Of a stretch of 40,441 nucleotides of DNA, positions 8,238-18,206 are shown piece after piece. Numbering within the stretch: position 1 is the first letter of the stretch; every line of letters starts with the position of its first letter. The position numbers and the translations under genes were made by a program. This DNA is from a virus (Duplodnaviria; Caudoviricetes). The notes beneath the pieces are model-generated. The model made no database searches and was not told the origin of the DNA. It saw nothing but the letters and a program-made list of their open reading frames with translations. Location: the IMG/VR virus record IMGVR_UViG_3300020045_006352, positions 1-40,441 of that record; one strand, written 5' to 3'.

Positions 8238-8288
8238 TCGCGGCAGGAGGAGGGAAGCCCTCTCTTCGACTGGCCGGTCTAGCCGCGA
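8238..8288 (-). ncRNA. c4-like structured leader / antisense RNA
   Basis: TCGCGGC/GCCGCGA stem enclosing two hairpins; CCCTCCT is complementary to the AGGAGGG RBS of the endonuclease gene. Confidence 0.55.
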
Positions 8289-8323
8289 GTTAAAAGTATA
8301 TCACAATACAAGACTTTCACAAG

Positions 8324-9193
8324 TCATTTCACAGTCCAAAAACTGCTAGGCTTGCCGCGATAAGGCTCCAGATCAGCATCAGGCGCAATCGCCTTAATGG
8401 CTTTTGCATAGCTGATTGCGCCCTCCCGGTTTGTCTGTGTCAGCTTGCGCCCCGCAATGAGCGCGTTTTTTCCGCCTGCCATTACAACCAGTTCGCCTAA
8501 AACTTCTTTCTTACGCTCGGTGGCATTATCAATCTGCTCACACAGCTCATCATATTCCCGCATGATCCTGTACGCTTCCGGCGTGTCCAGTTCCACACGC
8601 AAGGGTGCGATATGGTCTTCTGGATCTTTCACCTCATCCAGATACTGCGCGTAAAATTGAGCCAGCTTGGGAAGGTTTTCATCAATCCAGTGCGGGTTGT
8701 AATCCACTTTGCGTAAAAGATTGCCATACGGTGTCCATTGGAAAAACCAGCAATGCGGCTTGCCTGTCACAAACATCTGAATTTGCATTTGTGCGTGGTA
8801 GTGCGGCTGCTCAAATATTGTCTTGAATATCGGGGCTGGGTCGTTGCGGATATAGAACGGGCATTTGACCTCCAATAATCCGCCGTCGCTTGTCAGGCCA
8901 TCGGGTGACTCGCCCAACCAATCCTCATAAGGATAAAACCCGCATGGCTCCACACTGAGCTCGGTTTGCATCGTAAAATCAATGATTGCGCCTGCCTCGT
9001 TATAGGCTCCCCATTCAGTTGCCACGTTGCCGGTAAACTCGCGTTCAAGGCCCAGCATATCACGGACCATAGAGCGCATTGCCCCGCCACGGGTCATGTA
9101 TGGTGATAAGCCAAGGATTGCGCCCACCATAGAGCCAGTTACCCGGCCTTTACGCGCCTCATGCCATTCTGCTGTGCGTTGTTCTGTCATCAT
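8324..9193 (-). CDS. YqaJ/lambda-exonuclease family recombination exonuclease
   Basis: EQRT.EW..AR...TGS, SPDG, LLEVKCP, Y.AQMQ.QM motifs. Confidence 0.93.
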   Translation of the reverse strand: MMTEQRTAEWHEARKGRVTGSMVGAILGLSPYMTRGGAMRSMVRDMLGLEREFTGNVATEWGAYNEAGAIIDFTMQTELSVEPCGFYPYEDWLGESPDGLTSDGGLLEVKCPFYIRNDPAPIFKTIFEQPHYHAQMQIQMFVTGKPHCWFFQWTPYGNLLRKVDYNPHWIDENLPKLAQFYAQYLDEVKDPEDHIAPLRVELDTPEAYRIMREYDELCEQIDNATERKKEVLGELVVMAGGKNALIAGRKLTQTNREGAISYAKAIKAIAPDADLEPYRGKPSSFWTVK

Positions 9194-9257
9194 CTGTCTC
9201 CACTCAGTATAAAAATGGGAAGCCCCGAAAGGCTCCCCAAGGTATTTGAATCAGGCT

Positions 9258-9806
9258 TTAAAATGGCACATCATCGTTATCAATATCGTCTACAGGCGCT
9301 TTCGGCTTGGGCTTGGGCTTCGCCTTAACATCGCTGATCTCCGCGCTCTTTGGCGATACCGCCTGTACCCAGTTACCGGATTTACCGTCAATATCCCAAA
9401 CGCCAAGACGAATGACCATCATCTTGTTTGTGAGACATACCGCCAAATCTTCATTGGTAGGCCGCTTGTCCAGCTTCATCAGCTTCCCGCCTGCATTGGC
9501 GTCAATAGCTGCCAGCATACGCTTAGCTTTGTCCCGGTCTTTTGCCGCGTCTTTTGTGCCGGGTTTTGGATCGGTCAGCCAAAGCTTTTGAAATATCTTG
9601 CGGTTGCCGAACGCTTCCGGCTTAACAACCGTCCAGCGCAATGAACAATATTCGTCGTTTTCCTTGTTTGTGTCCCACTTGGCTTCATCAATCATGGCTA
9701 GCACGCTGGTGCCATCCGGGATAGGGTCAAAATTACCGCCGCCTGCATCGTAATTCGTGCCTACATCCTTGGCGCTTTCGCCATCATCAAGATTCCAGAA
9801 ACTCAT
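9258..9806 (-). CDS. Single-stranded DNA-binding protein (DUF669-like)
   Basis: F.PIP.G motif; acidic tail ending DDVPF. Confidence 0.8.
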   Translation of the reverse strand: MSFWNLDDGESAKDVGTNYDAGGGNFDPIPDGTSVLAMIDEAKWDTNKENDEYCSLRWTVVKPEAFGNRKIFQKLWLTDPKPGTKDAAKDRDKAKRMLAAIDANAGGKLMKLDKRPTNEDLAVCLTNKMMVIRLGVWDIDGKSGNWVQAVSPKSAEISDVKAKPKPKPKAPVDDIDNDDVPF

Positions 9807-10645
9807 GCTTCAATTCCTTCTGCTGCTACTTCTTCGCTTGTTTCGTTGATAGCTTCCTCAGCCGGGGTTTCCTTCTTCGCCTGCCGTTTGGGCTTAGCCG
9901 TCAAAGGGATGAGATATTCAGATAAGGGGTTTTCTCCCTTTGTCACTATAATATCTTCCGTAATACCGTAACGATTTTTGGAAACACTGGCGGGCTGGAG
10001 ATAGGTCACAAGCACCCGGTCGCCCGTGGTGATAGCCTTCTTTGCGCCTTCATCACCCTTGAGGATTGTTTCTTGCTTCAGGAAGCCCACAAGATCCACG
10101 CTATCAACGTAAGGTGCCATGGACTTACCAGACAGGCGCAAGGTGTATTGGTTATAGCCCTCGCTATCCGGCGGGTCGATCCGGCCAATATCCGCATGAG
10201 CGATAAAGATAACATGGCATCCCTTACGGTCGCGGATTACCTCCGCGGCGCGGCGTACTCTGGCATGTTGTGCTGCCACGGCATTAGGACCAGCCCCATA
10301 GCCGCCAAGCGCCTGATTGATCCCCTTTGCCTTGGGATCGCTTGCCAGAACATCTGCAATGAACAGCGCTTCAAGGCCGGTCACACTATCAATGACAATG
10401 GTCTGATAACCATGATCTTCCTTGACCAAACCAATCATAATATCGAACAGGTCAGCAACGCTGGCGACCTCGATACTGTCAGGGCTGTTAGCGGCGTCCC
10501 GTGGAATAGCCTCGCCCTGTGTGCGTAGAAATAGCGGCTTCGGAAATGTTGAGGCAAGGCTTGTTTTGCCTGTGCCGGGACCGCCTAAAATGGTGGCAAT
10601 CATAGGTTCGTGTTCGGGCTTTTTCGCCCGGTCTGCAATGCTCAT
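9803..10645 (-). CDS. Sak4-like AAA ATPase / annealase
   Basis: GGPGTGKT, TIVIDS, IAH, KNRYG; AGAAGGA RBS before ATG at 10645. Confidence 0.88.
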   Translation of the reverse strand: MSIADRAKKPEHEPMIATILGGPGTGKTSLASTFPKPLFLRTQGEAIPRDAANSPDSIEVASVADLFDIMIGLVKEDHGYQTIVIDSVTGLEALFIADVLASDPKAKGINQALGGYGAGPNAVAAQHARVRRAAEVIRDRKGCHVIFIAHADIGRIDPPDSEGYNQYTLRLSGKSMAPYVDSVDLVGFLKQETILKGDEGAKKAITTGDRVLVTYLQPASVSKNRYGITEDIIVTKGENPLSEYLIPLTAKPKRQAKKETPAEEAINETSEEVAAEGIEA

Positions 10646-10683
10646 TCTATCGTTCCTTCTGTGGTTGACTTCTTTTCTTGCAC

Positions 10684-10716
10684 TTGACTTATCGCCACTT
10701 GTTTTGCACAAGTCAA
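10684..10716. promoter_or_regulatory. Divergent promoter/operator region
   Basis: Inverted repeat TTGACTT(10684)...AAGTCAA(10716); minus strand TTGACT-N17-GATAAG. Confidence 0.5.
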
Positions 10717-10742
10717 TACGATTTTTAACAAGGTACGCAAAA

Positions 10743-10919
10743 ATGCTGACATTAGAGACAATAATTGAGCTATTACAGGACAGTCGTATTTCGGCTGTTT
10801 CACGCAAAACAGGGTTGCATTACAACACAATTCGCGCTGTGCGTGATGGCAGGGCCACCAGTCCAAGCTATGCCACCATCAAAGCGCTTTCCGATTATTT
10901 TCAAGCGCGGTCCGTCTGA
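10743..10919 (+). CDS. Small HTH DNA-binding protein (58 aa)
   Basis: ISAVSRKTGLHYNTI...G...PSY.TI..LSDY XRE-like pattern; TGATG overlap with the primase. Confidence 0.85.
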   Translation: MLTLETIIELLQDSRISAVSRKTGLHYNTIRAVRDGRATSPSYATIKALSDYFQARSV

Positions 10920-13189
10920 TGTTGTACCGCGAGTTTATGGATGCGGGGATCTCGATTTTTCCGCTTTATCGCTTCAACCATCAAAATCAGTGCGAGTGTG
11001 GTGATGAAGATTGCCCGGCCGTTGGCAAGCATCCCCGTGCTTCAAACTGGCAGCATACGCCGCTCTGGTCAGAAGAGCAGGTCGAGAACATGGAAGAGGC
11101 CGGGCACTTCGCTACAGGCTATGGCGTCCTGTGTCGCGGGTTGCTCGTTGTTGATGTCGATGCGCGCAATGGCGGCATAGAGAGTTATGGCCGTTTGCTG
11201 GAGCAATTCCCGGAAATAGCTGGGGCGGGCTTGTCTGTTATGACGGGTTCTGGTGGCGGTTCCCGGCATCTGTATTTTTCCATGCCGGAAGCCGTGTCGC
11301 TTTTGTCATCACTCAAGGATTACCCAGGCATTGATTTTAAGTCATCCGGCTATGTCGTTGGACCGGGATCGCGTCATGCCTCTGGCGGCGTCTATACCGC
11401 CGATGGAGAGCCGTGTGAGATTGCTCCTGCACCATCCGGGCTTGTTGATCTTCTGCGCCGCCCTGAGCGTGTCCGCACCGATTACAATGGGCAGTCGATC
11501 GATGTCACGCATGACGACATAGAGGATATGCTGCACCACGTTGCCAATGATGATCTGGACTATGAAAGCTGGATCCGCGTCGGCATGGCCATTCATCAGG
11601 CAACGCATGGCGCGGGCTATGATCTCTGGGAGCGCTGGTCGGCCAAGTCAACCAAACATGATGAAAAGCATATGCCCTACAAATGGCACAGTTTCGGACG
11701 AGCTGCGAACCCTGTCACCATCGGCACACTGATTTATCATGCAGAGCAAGGCGGCTGGCTTATGCCAGTCACATTCTCCCCTGATATACAGTTTGATTTT
11801 TCGGAAGGGGAGCATGATGGATTGCCGTTTGATATTTCCGGCGTTGATCTCAAAATACCACCGGGCTTTGTTGGCAAAATTGCCAAATGGATTGAAAACC
11901 AGTCACGCCGACCACGTGAGAATATTGCCGTTGCCGCGGCACTAACCGCCATCGGGAATATTGCGGGCCTTCGCTATATCGATGAACTGGACGGCGTTAC
12001 CGGTAATCTGTTCACCTTCTGCGTTGCGGGATCCCGCACCGGCAAGGAAAGCATCCAGCAATCCGTCACGATGTTGCATCGGGCGGCTGGCATCGCCCCT
12101 GCTACGCATGGCGCGATTAAATCAGAGCAGGAAATAGTCAAAAACCTAACACGTCATCAGGCTGCATTTTATGTGATTGATGAGATAGGCATATTTTTGC
12201 AAAAGGTGAAAAACGCGCAGCAGCGTGGCGGGGCTTCCTATCTTGATGGCGTGATCGGGATGCTTATGGCGGCTTATTCCAAGGCAGACGGCTATTTGCT
12301 GCTGACGGGTGACGCCAAAGAAGAAATACGCTCCGGGCTGCTGAAAGAATTGTCGCAGCTATCAAAGCAGGCCGATGCAAGCGGAGAAACGCCGCGGCTG
12401 CTATCCCGGATTGAATCCATCAGCACCATGCTGGAGAATATTGACCAAGGCCTGCAACGGCCATTTTTGTCGCTTATGGGTTTTACCACGCCAATCACAT
12501 TTGATGAACTGGTGGATTTTCAGAGCGCCACCAATGGCTTTATTGGCCGGTCGTTACTGTTCAACGAACGCGACACAGCGCCACGCTCCAAGCCGGGCTT
12601 TGTCAAAACGCCATTGCCTGCCAGCTATGAGGCCATCTTGCTGCATTTGGCGCATGGTGGCGAATGTGATCTGCAGGGTGCCAGTCGTGTTGAATATTAT
12701 GGAGAGCGTTTGGCTGTGCCTAGTGACCAAATGGCCGCAAACATGCTTGAGAGCGCACTGGAGTGGTTTGAGGATCAAGCGATAGCCCATAAGGGCAAGA
12801 CGGGCCTTGAGAGCCTTTATCTTGGCGCATATGAGCTAATGGCTAAGGTGTCCTTCATTCTGGCGGTAGCGGAAGGGATTAGAACGGGTGAGCATGTCCG
12901 CTGGGCCTTTGCGCTTGTCCGTAGGGACATAGAGGAGAAAATCCGCCTTGTAACTGCTAATGACCGGGTAAAGGATGCACCTTCACTGGCACTGCGGGCC
13001 AAAATTGCCAACGTGATTGACGGTGATGGGGAAACCATTGGGGTGATCTACAACCGGCTGCGGAGCAACCGCCGCGAAGACGTAAAGGCCGAACTGGAAA
13101 AAATGGTCAATGACGGGATCGTGCTTATGGAGATCACCGTCTCCCCCCGTTCCAAGATCAAAACAGAAAAATATCGTTTGGTGTGTTGA
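10919..13189 (+). CDS. Prim-Pol primase with PriCT-2 and C-terminal helicase-like domain
   Basis: C.CG..DC...GKHP, VVDVD, T.SGG..H.YF, GYVVGPGS.H; YESWIRVGMA...WS; TGKE and IDE motifs. Confidence 0.92.
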   Translation: MLYREFMDAGISIFPLYRFNHQNQCECGDEDCPAVGKHPRASNWQHTPLWSEEQVENMEEAGHFATGYGVLCRGLLVVDVDARNGGIESYGRLLEQFPEIAGAGLSVMTGSGGGSRHLYFSMPEAVSLLSSLKDYPGIDFKSSGYVVGPGSRHASGGVYTADGEPCEIAPAPSGLVDLLRRPERVRTDYNGQSIDVTHDDIEDMLHHVANDDLDYESWIRVGMAIHQATHGAGYDLWERWSAKSTKHDEKHMPYKWHSFGRAANPVTIGTLIYHAEQGGWLMPVTFSPDIQFDFSEGEHDGLPFDISGVDLKIPPGFVGKIAKWIENQSRRPRENIAVAAALTAIGNIAGLRYIDELDGVTGNLFTFCVAGSRTGKESIQQSVTMLHRAAGIAPATHGAIKSEQEIVKNLTRHQAAFYVIDEIGIFLQKVKNAQQRGGASYLDGVIGMLMAAYSKADGYLLLTGDAKEEIRSGLLKELSQLSKQADASGETPRLLSRIESISTMLENIDQGLQRPFLSLMGFTTPITFDELVDFQSATNGFIGRSLLFNERDTAPRSKPGFVKTPLPASYEAILLHLAHGGECDLQGASRVEYYGERLAVPSDQMAANMLESALEWFEDQAIAHKGKTGLESLYLGAYELMAKVSFILAVAEGIRTGEHVRWAFALVRRDIEEKIRLVTANDRVKDAPSLALRAKIANVIDGDGETIGVIYNRLRSNRREDVKAELEKMVNDGIVLMEITVSPRSKIKTEKYRLVC

Positions 13190-13244
13190 CAAGGGTTGCG
13201 GAAAAAGCCAAGGTTTTCCGCGTCCTTTTAGGGCAAAATCCCTG

Positions 13245-13665
13245 CAAATAGGATTACAGGATATTACAGAATAGCAAGTCATTTACTATTGTGTAACATA
13301 CTGAAATTGCAGGCTAAAACGACCAAAACGTGTACAGGATAGCAGGATAGCAGAATAGTCCAGACACGGTTTTAGAGAACCCTTGTACTCACCTATATAA
13401 AGGATATAGGATTGGGAGTTGATTTTCTGCATTTATAGATATTAAGTCTATATATTCCTTATATAATATTTAATTTTGAAATGATCTGAAGCGTCATGAT
13501 GGGGGCTTCGCCCCCATACCCCCTTTATTTATATATCATGCTATCCTGCTATCCTGTAAATCAAAACGCCATTTTATCTATATAAATCATACACATAAAG
13601 CTTAGCAAAAAGCGTAGTAAATTCTTCTATTCTGTTCTATTTTGTGCATATCCTATTCTGGACAG
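13245..13665. other. Putative replication origin
   Basis: Non-coding AT-rich core bracketed by a perfect 20-bp inverted repeat (13333-13352 / 13539-13558), directly after the primase gene. Confidence 0.65.
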
Positions 13666-13728
13666 GATGTATGAGATTAAATCTTGCCAATGGCGGACAG
13701 ATATGGGATGTTGTGGATAAGGAGATAG

Positions 13729-13938
13729 ATGATGAGCATATTCAAAAAACGGAACAGCGACCCGCGGCCGGCCGATCTTGACGCACTGGTGAAGGCATTG
13801 CTTGCGGAACCGGCCACAGAACGCGCTGCACTGGCCTCCAGGCTTCGTCGGCTGGCTTGTATGGCGGATAGTGGCATACGAGGCAAGCGTGAGGCTGCAC
13901 GACTTCGTGAGGCTAATGACATGGTGAGGGGGTTGTGA
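13729..13938 (+). CDS. Hypothetical protein (69 aa)
   Basis: AAGGAGATAG RBS; GTGA overlap downstream. Confidence 0.7.
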   Translation: MMSIFKKRNSDPRPADLDALVKALLAEPATERAALASRLRRLACMADSGIRGKREAARLREANDMVRGL

Positions 13939-14267
13939 GTGGTGGGCAATTCGCTGATGAGTGTTCGGCGGTTTACGGTTCATGGATTGCGGAGCGGCGA
14001 GAAGAATGCAGGCCCCTCACGGGCGGTTCGTCTGATTATTACAAGGTGGAGATCGAGAAGCCAACGTCCGGGGGGGAACCGTATACGGCAGAGTGTAACG
14101 ATATAATCGAGGCGCTTAACATGACGTTCGCAGAGGGGAATATCCTCAAAGCGTTATGGCGGATAGCGGCAGCTCGCCAAGGCAAGGGTAAGGCCGGGGT
14201 TACGGCTATTTATGATGCGGAGAAGATTGTGTTTTTCGGGCAGAGGCTTGTCGATAAGTATAAATAA
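13935..14267 (+). CDS. DUF3310-like protein
   Basis: GG...YY...EC.DIIEAL.M.FAEGNI.KA.WR...D..K..F pattern. Confidence 0.75.
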   Translation: MSGGQFADECSAVYGSWIAERREECRPLTGGSSDYYKVEIEKPTSGGEPYTAECNDIIEALNMTFAEGNILKALWRIAAARQGKGKAGVTAIYDAEKIVFFGQRLVDKYK

Positions 14268-14274
14268 AATACTT

Positions 14275-14346
14275 CAATGCGATATTTTGTATTGACGTAG
14301 GGTGTGGATGGCGTAAACACAAATGGCAACAAGGAGATAGATGATG
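14275..14346 (+). promoter_or_regulatory. Promoter and leader duplicated from 3692-3761
   Basis: Two identical blocks of 23 bp and 21 bp, in inverted orientation. Confidence 0.75.
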
Positions 14347-15162
14347 GAATACGGATCACAGATTGAGGTAAACGGCAAGCGGCCCGTATGGTTGGCTGAT
14401 GATGAATTGTGTCAGCCATGTTGGAGTGATGGCAGATGGTATGTCGGGGGGTTGGTCGCCGCTAAGTATGTGTCAGGCTGGAACGCTGTCACAAAAATAC
14501 GACTACCTAAGGAACACTGGGTTAACGCTGTCATTGAGCAAGGCTATTGGCCTTGGGCTGGTGGCGATAAAGCGCCGCATGATTGGGATGGTGGGGAAGT
14601 GCTTCGGCGGGACGGCAAGACTGCTTTTGCTAATGTGTGGTGCCATGCGGGCATTTTTTCCGACATTATCGGATACAAGCGGAAGGTTGTGGAGAAAACA
14701 GGACCAATGAGCGCGGACGTACCTAACGAACTGGACGCCTTGCGTGAGAAGAACGCTGCACTTGAAGCCCAATGGGCCGACGCAATCGCCAAATATCCTA
14801 ACCTTGCGCCTGATCCAGATCATGCGTTGAAGGATGAGATTTTGGCGTTTGGTGAAAGGTACAGGTGGAACATAGATTACATTGAATGGGATAATCCAGA
14901 AAACCGCGCTATGGACCTACTCTACGCATGGGCAAAGCGTCATCCCGCACCAGTCAGCAAACCCTGCACACTCACGCCGGAAGAATTGGCACAATGGCGG
15001 CTGGAACAAGCGCGGCGGATAGCAAGTGAGATATGGGAGAGGGAAGGCTCATGCAAACCTGTGGAAGAAGTTGAATATGGTCGCTTTGACTTGTCCAATG
15101 CAGTCCAATCCGCCCTCGCAGCACTGACAGAATACAACATCACACCGGAGACAGTGAAATGA
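14341..15162 (+). CDS. Hypothetical protein (273 aa)
   Basis: Strong RBS; W.GG..P..WDG..VL.RDG...W.H....DIIGY phage-type motif. Confidence 0.8.
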   Translation: MMEYGSQIEVNGKRPVWLADDELCQPCWSDGRWYVGGLVAAKYVSGWNAVTKIRLPKEHWVNAVIEQGYWPWAGGDKAPHDWDGGEVLRRDGKTAFANVWCHAGIFSDIIGYKRKVVEKTGPMSADVPNELDALREKNAALEAQWADAIAKYPNLAPDPDHALKDEILAFGERYRWNIDYIEWDNPENRAMDLLYAWAKRHPAPVSKPCTLTPEELAQWRLEQARRIASEIWEREGSCKPVEEVEYGRFDLSNAVQSALAALTEYNITPETVK

Positions 15163-15332
15163 CCGATGAACGATATGTATGCAGAGTGCGAACCTCCTCG
15201 AATAAAATAGAGGATGCGATATGGCCGACGCACAAAGACGCTGCTTTTTTTGGGGCGCAGTTATGGCAAGAACTGGGCTTGCGCTCACAGATCATCAAGG
15301 CGTCAGATGCAGAAGGATGGGGTGGGAATTGA
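15159..15332 (+). CDS. Small hypothetical protein (57 aa, not in ORF track)
   Basis: ATGA overlap; MTDERYVCRV...WGGN*. Confidence 0.55.
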   Translation: MTDERYVCRVRTSSNKIEDAIWPTHKDAAFFGAQLWQELGLRSQIIKASDAEGWGGN

Positions 15333-15601
15333 TTGATATAATAGCAATAGCGTACAATCTTTTCTTTGTCGGCATCGGCTGGGGCATATGCCGCTGGCAA
15401 CATCGGTTACAGATTAATTTTACAAAAGTGATGGGCGAAAAGCTGGACCCGCATTTTGAGGAAAAATATAAAACTAGTCCTGTTTCAACGCGATTGGTAG
15501 AGTGGGAGGGGAGGGCTTTCAGGATTGTCAGCGACCCTATCGCGCTCATGACCCTCAACCATTGGCTTGACAAACAGGTGGAAGAGACGGAAAAGAAATA
15601 A
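15317..15601 (+). CDS. Small membrane-anchored protein
   Basis: N-terminal hydrophobic segment IIAIAYNLFFVGIGWGI; start uncertain. Confidence 0.55.
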   Translation: MGWELIDIIAIAYNLFFVGIGWGICRWQHRLQINFTKVMGEKLDPHFEEKYKTSPVSTRLVEWEGRAFRIVSDPIALMTLNHWLDKQVEETEKK

Positions 15602-15758
15602 CCAGTTTCATTGGCTGGCATCCTTTGGGTTATTGCAGGCATAGCCTTAACATCCAACCTCCCGCATAGGGAAAAACCTGCCAGCGCTGCAAGATCGAGC
15701 TCCAACTCGTAGCAGTACTTTGGGGTTAAGGTTGGAAGCCTTGCTTTTAGGGAGATAG

Positions 15759-16157
15759 ATGGTGACAATCGTAATTATAACGGCGCTGGCGATAGGGTTG
15801 ATTTTTGCAGCCAGTTTGAAGAGCACGCGCCAGCAAATTAAAATATTTAGAGATATGGACGCACGAAGAGACGAGCCGTATCACTCAATCTACGAACGGG
15901 AAAAGGTAGAGGTCGATAACGGCAAAGAGCTACTCCAGGCTAAATGGGATAAATATCTTAAGGAATGTCTCACCCATACTCCGGAAAACCCATGGAAGGG
16001 GTATCAAGAAAGCGTACCTTTCAAAGCATATTGGTATACTGATTCATGTGTAGAGGGGCTAGAAACCCCATGGAATGAGCCTCCAAAAGCTACGATTAAA
16101 CTTCATACGGTTCGCCAAAAAGCCACTAGAGGCGCAAGGCTTTATCCTGTAAGGTAA
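15759..16157 (+). CDS. Membrane-anchored hypothetical protein
   Basis: GGAGATAG RBS; N-terminal TM helix. Confidence 0.7.
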   Translation: MVTIVIITALAIGLIFAASLKSTRQQIKIFRDMDARRDEPYHSIYEREKVEVDNGKELLQAKWDKYLKECLTHTPENPWKGYQESVPFKAYWYTDSCVEGLETPWNEPPKATIKLHTVRQKATRGARLYPVR

Positions 16158-16183
16158 CGTCTCACATACAAGAGGCGCAATCA

Positions 16184-16315
16184 ATGCCGTTAAAATCAGG
16201 TAAGTCAGCAAAGACCATATCCGCAAACATCAAGGCAGAGATGAAGGCAGGAAAGCCACAGAAGCAGGCCGTCGCAATCGCGTTGTCAAAGGCCAAGAAG
16301 AAGAAAGGTAAGTAA
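16184..16315 (+). CDS. Small basic phage protein (43 aa, not in ORF track)
   Basis: MPLKSGKS.KTIS.NI..EM.AGKPQKQAVAIALSKA, a widespread phage motif; GAGG RBS. Confidence 0.85.
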   Translation: MPLKSGKSAKTISANIKAEMKAGKPQKQAVAIALSKAKKKKGK

Positions 16316-16780
16316 GTGCCGACCGTCAGAACAGACGAGATCACAGACGCCATCGTGGAAGGGTTGAGCCAAGGCATCCCGCTTAGGCAATTGTGCCGCG
16401 CCAATGGTGTCAGTAAATCTGCTGTTTATGATTGGATTAAAGCCGACGAAAACCTTGCTGGACGGGTCGCGCGCGCGAGAGATATTGGCTTTGAAGAATT
16501 GGCAGAAGAGACGCTTGAAATAGCCGATGATGCGACAAACGATTGGATGGCGCGAGAGAATGGTGGCGAGGTTGTTAATGCCGAACATGTCAGCCGATCC
16601 AAGCTCCGTATTGAAACGCGATTGAAGCTTCTGGCGTGTTGGGATCCACGCCGATATGGCAATAAGCAATTGATTGGCTCCGATCCTGAGAACCCACTTC
16701 CCGCGCCCACTGGTATTGATATGAGCAAGTTATCACTGGCAGCGCTGCAAGAGTTATCGAAGCTTGATCCTGACACGTGA
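16316..16780 (+). CDS. terS: Terminase small subunit (Sf6 gp1-like)
   Basis: HTH N-terminus; LAEE.LEIADD...RSKLRI.TR..L.....P.RYG.K. Confidence 0.9.
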   Translation: MPTVRTDEITDAIVEGLSQGIPLRQLCRANGVSKSAVYDWIKADENLAGRVARARDIGFEELAEETLEIADDATNDWMARENGGEVVNAEHVSRSKLRIETRLKLLACWDPRRYGNKQLIGSDPENPLPAPTGIDMSKLSLAALQELSKLDPDT

Positions 16781-18206
16781 GGATATACGCGCTGCAAAGC
16801 GTGAATTGGCCAAGCGCTCGCTGGCTGAGTTTGCTAAACAGGCATGGCATGTGCTGGAGCCTGCGACTGAATTGAAATGGGGCTGGGCGCTAGACGCTAT
16901 CTGCGAGCATCTCGAAGCGGTATCGGCTGGTGAGATACGACGGCTTTTGACAAACGTATCTCCAGGGACAATGAAAAGTCTTTTGACTGGCGTGATATGG
17001 CCTGCTTGGGAATGGGGACCGCTTGGACGTCCTGAGTTGCGCTATCTGGGTACAGCTCACAAACAGGAACTGGCGGTACGTGACAACATGAAATGCCGCC
17101 GGTTAATCCAGTCGGAATGGTATCAGTCGAATTGGCCTATCAATCTCACAAGCGACCAGAACGCCAAGACCAAATACGAAAACAGCGCCACGGGCTTTCG
17201 CGAGGCGATGGCGTTTACGTCCATGACTGGCTCTCGTGGCGACCGCGTTATTCTTGACGATCCACACAGCGTTGACGATGCGAACTCTCCTGCATTGCTA
17301 TCGAGCGCCATCACCACATTCCGCGAAGCATTGCCGTCCCGCGTGAATAATGACCAGTCTGCAATCATCATCATCATGCAGCGCCTGAATGAGGCTGATG
17401 TGTCAAGTGTGGCCATTGAGCTTGGCTATGAGCATTTAATGATACCTATGCGATTTGAGCCCGCCCGCTCGCGGGTGACGTGCATCGGCTGGCAGGATCC
17501 GCGCAAGGTTGACGGTGAACTGATGTTCCCTGAGCGCTTTCCAGAGGCGCAAGTGCGGGAGCTTGAGGCCACAATGGGAAGCTATGCCGTAGCAGGTCAG
17601 CTGCAGCAACGTCCCGCGCCTAGAGGTGGCGGTGTGATTAAGCCAGCATGGTTCCGGCAGTACCGCGAATTACCTGAGTGTGAATGGACCATGATATTTG
17701 CCGATACCGCGCAAAAGACCGGGCAGGAGAATGACTACAGCGTGTTCCAATGCTGGGGCAGATCAAAGACAGGGCAGGCATATCTGATTGACCAGATCAG
17801 GGGGAAATGGGAAGCCCCTGAATTGCTGGAGCAGGCCCGTTCTTTCTGGATTAAGCATGAAGGCGCAAGAGCCATGAAGGTTGAAGATAAGGTCAGTGGC
17901 ACCGGGTTGATCCAGACGCTACGGCGTGAGGGTATTCCAGTTCTACCAATCCAGCGCAACAAGGATAAGCTTTCCCGCGCTTATGACAGCGCGCCTTTCA
18001 TCGAGAGCGGCAACGTGTTCATTCCAGAGTGGACGGACTGGATAGATGGTTTCACGGGTGAGGCTTCCACATTTCCAAACGGCGCGCATGATGACCAGAT
18101 GGACCCGATGTTTGACGCTATCCGCGAAGTGCAGTTTCAACCGGCCACACGAAAGAATGTCCCGATTACTATTCCCAAGACTGTCACCGCGTTTAATCGC
18201 AGGTAG
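16764..18206 (+). CDS. terL: Terminase large subunit
   Basis: PGTMKS, TGSRGD..ILDDP, IMQRL, DTA.K...DYS, FP.G.HDDQ.D. Confidence 0.95.
   Translation: MILTREDIRAAKRELAKRSLAEFAKQAWHVLEPATELKWGWALDAICEHLEAVSAGEIRRLLTNVSPGTMKSLLTGVIWPAWEWGPLGRPELRYLGTAHKQELAVRDNMKCRRLIQSEWYQSNWPINLTSDQNAKTKYENSATGFREAMAFTSMTGSRGDRVILDDPHSVDDANSPALLSSAITTFREALPSRVNNDQSAIIIIMQRLNEADVSSVAIELGYEHLMIPMRFEPARSRVTCIGWQDPRKVDGELMFPERFPEAQVRELEATMGSYAVAGQLQQRPAPRGGGVIKPAWFRQYRELPECEWTMIFADTAQKTGQENDYSVFQCWGRSKTGQAYLIDQIRGKWEAPELLEQARSFWIKHEGARAMKVEDKVSGTGLIQTLRREGIPVLPIQRNKDKLSRAYDSAPFIESGNVFIPEWTDWIDGFTGEASTFPNGAHDDQMDPMFDAIREVQFQPATRKNVPITIPKTVTAFNRR

Noticed and set aside
7500-8323. Group I intron hosting the endonuclease
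   Set aside because: Flanking genes are intact and the non-coding space is too short for an intron core.
10646-10807. N-terminal extension of the Sak4-like ORF
   Set aside because: It overlaps the divergent promoter and HTH gene, and there is a good RBS before ATG 10645.
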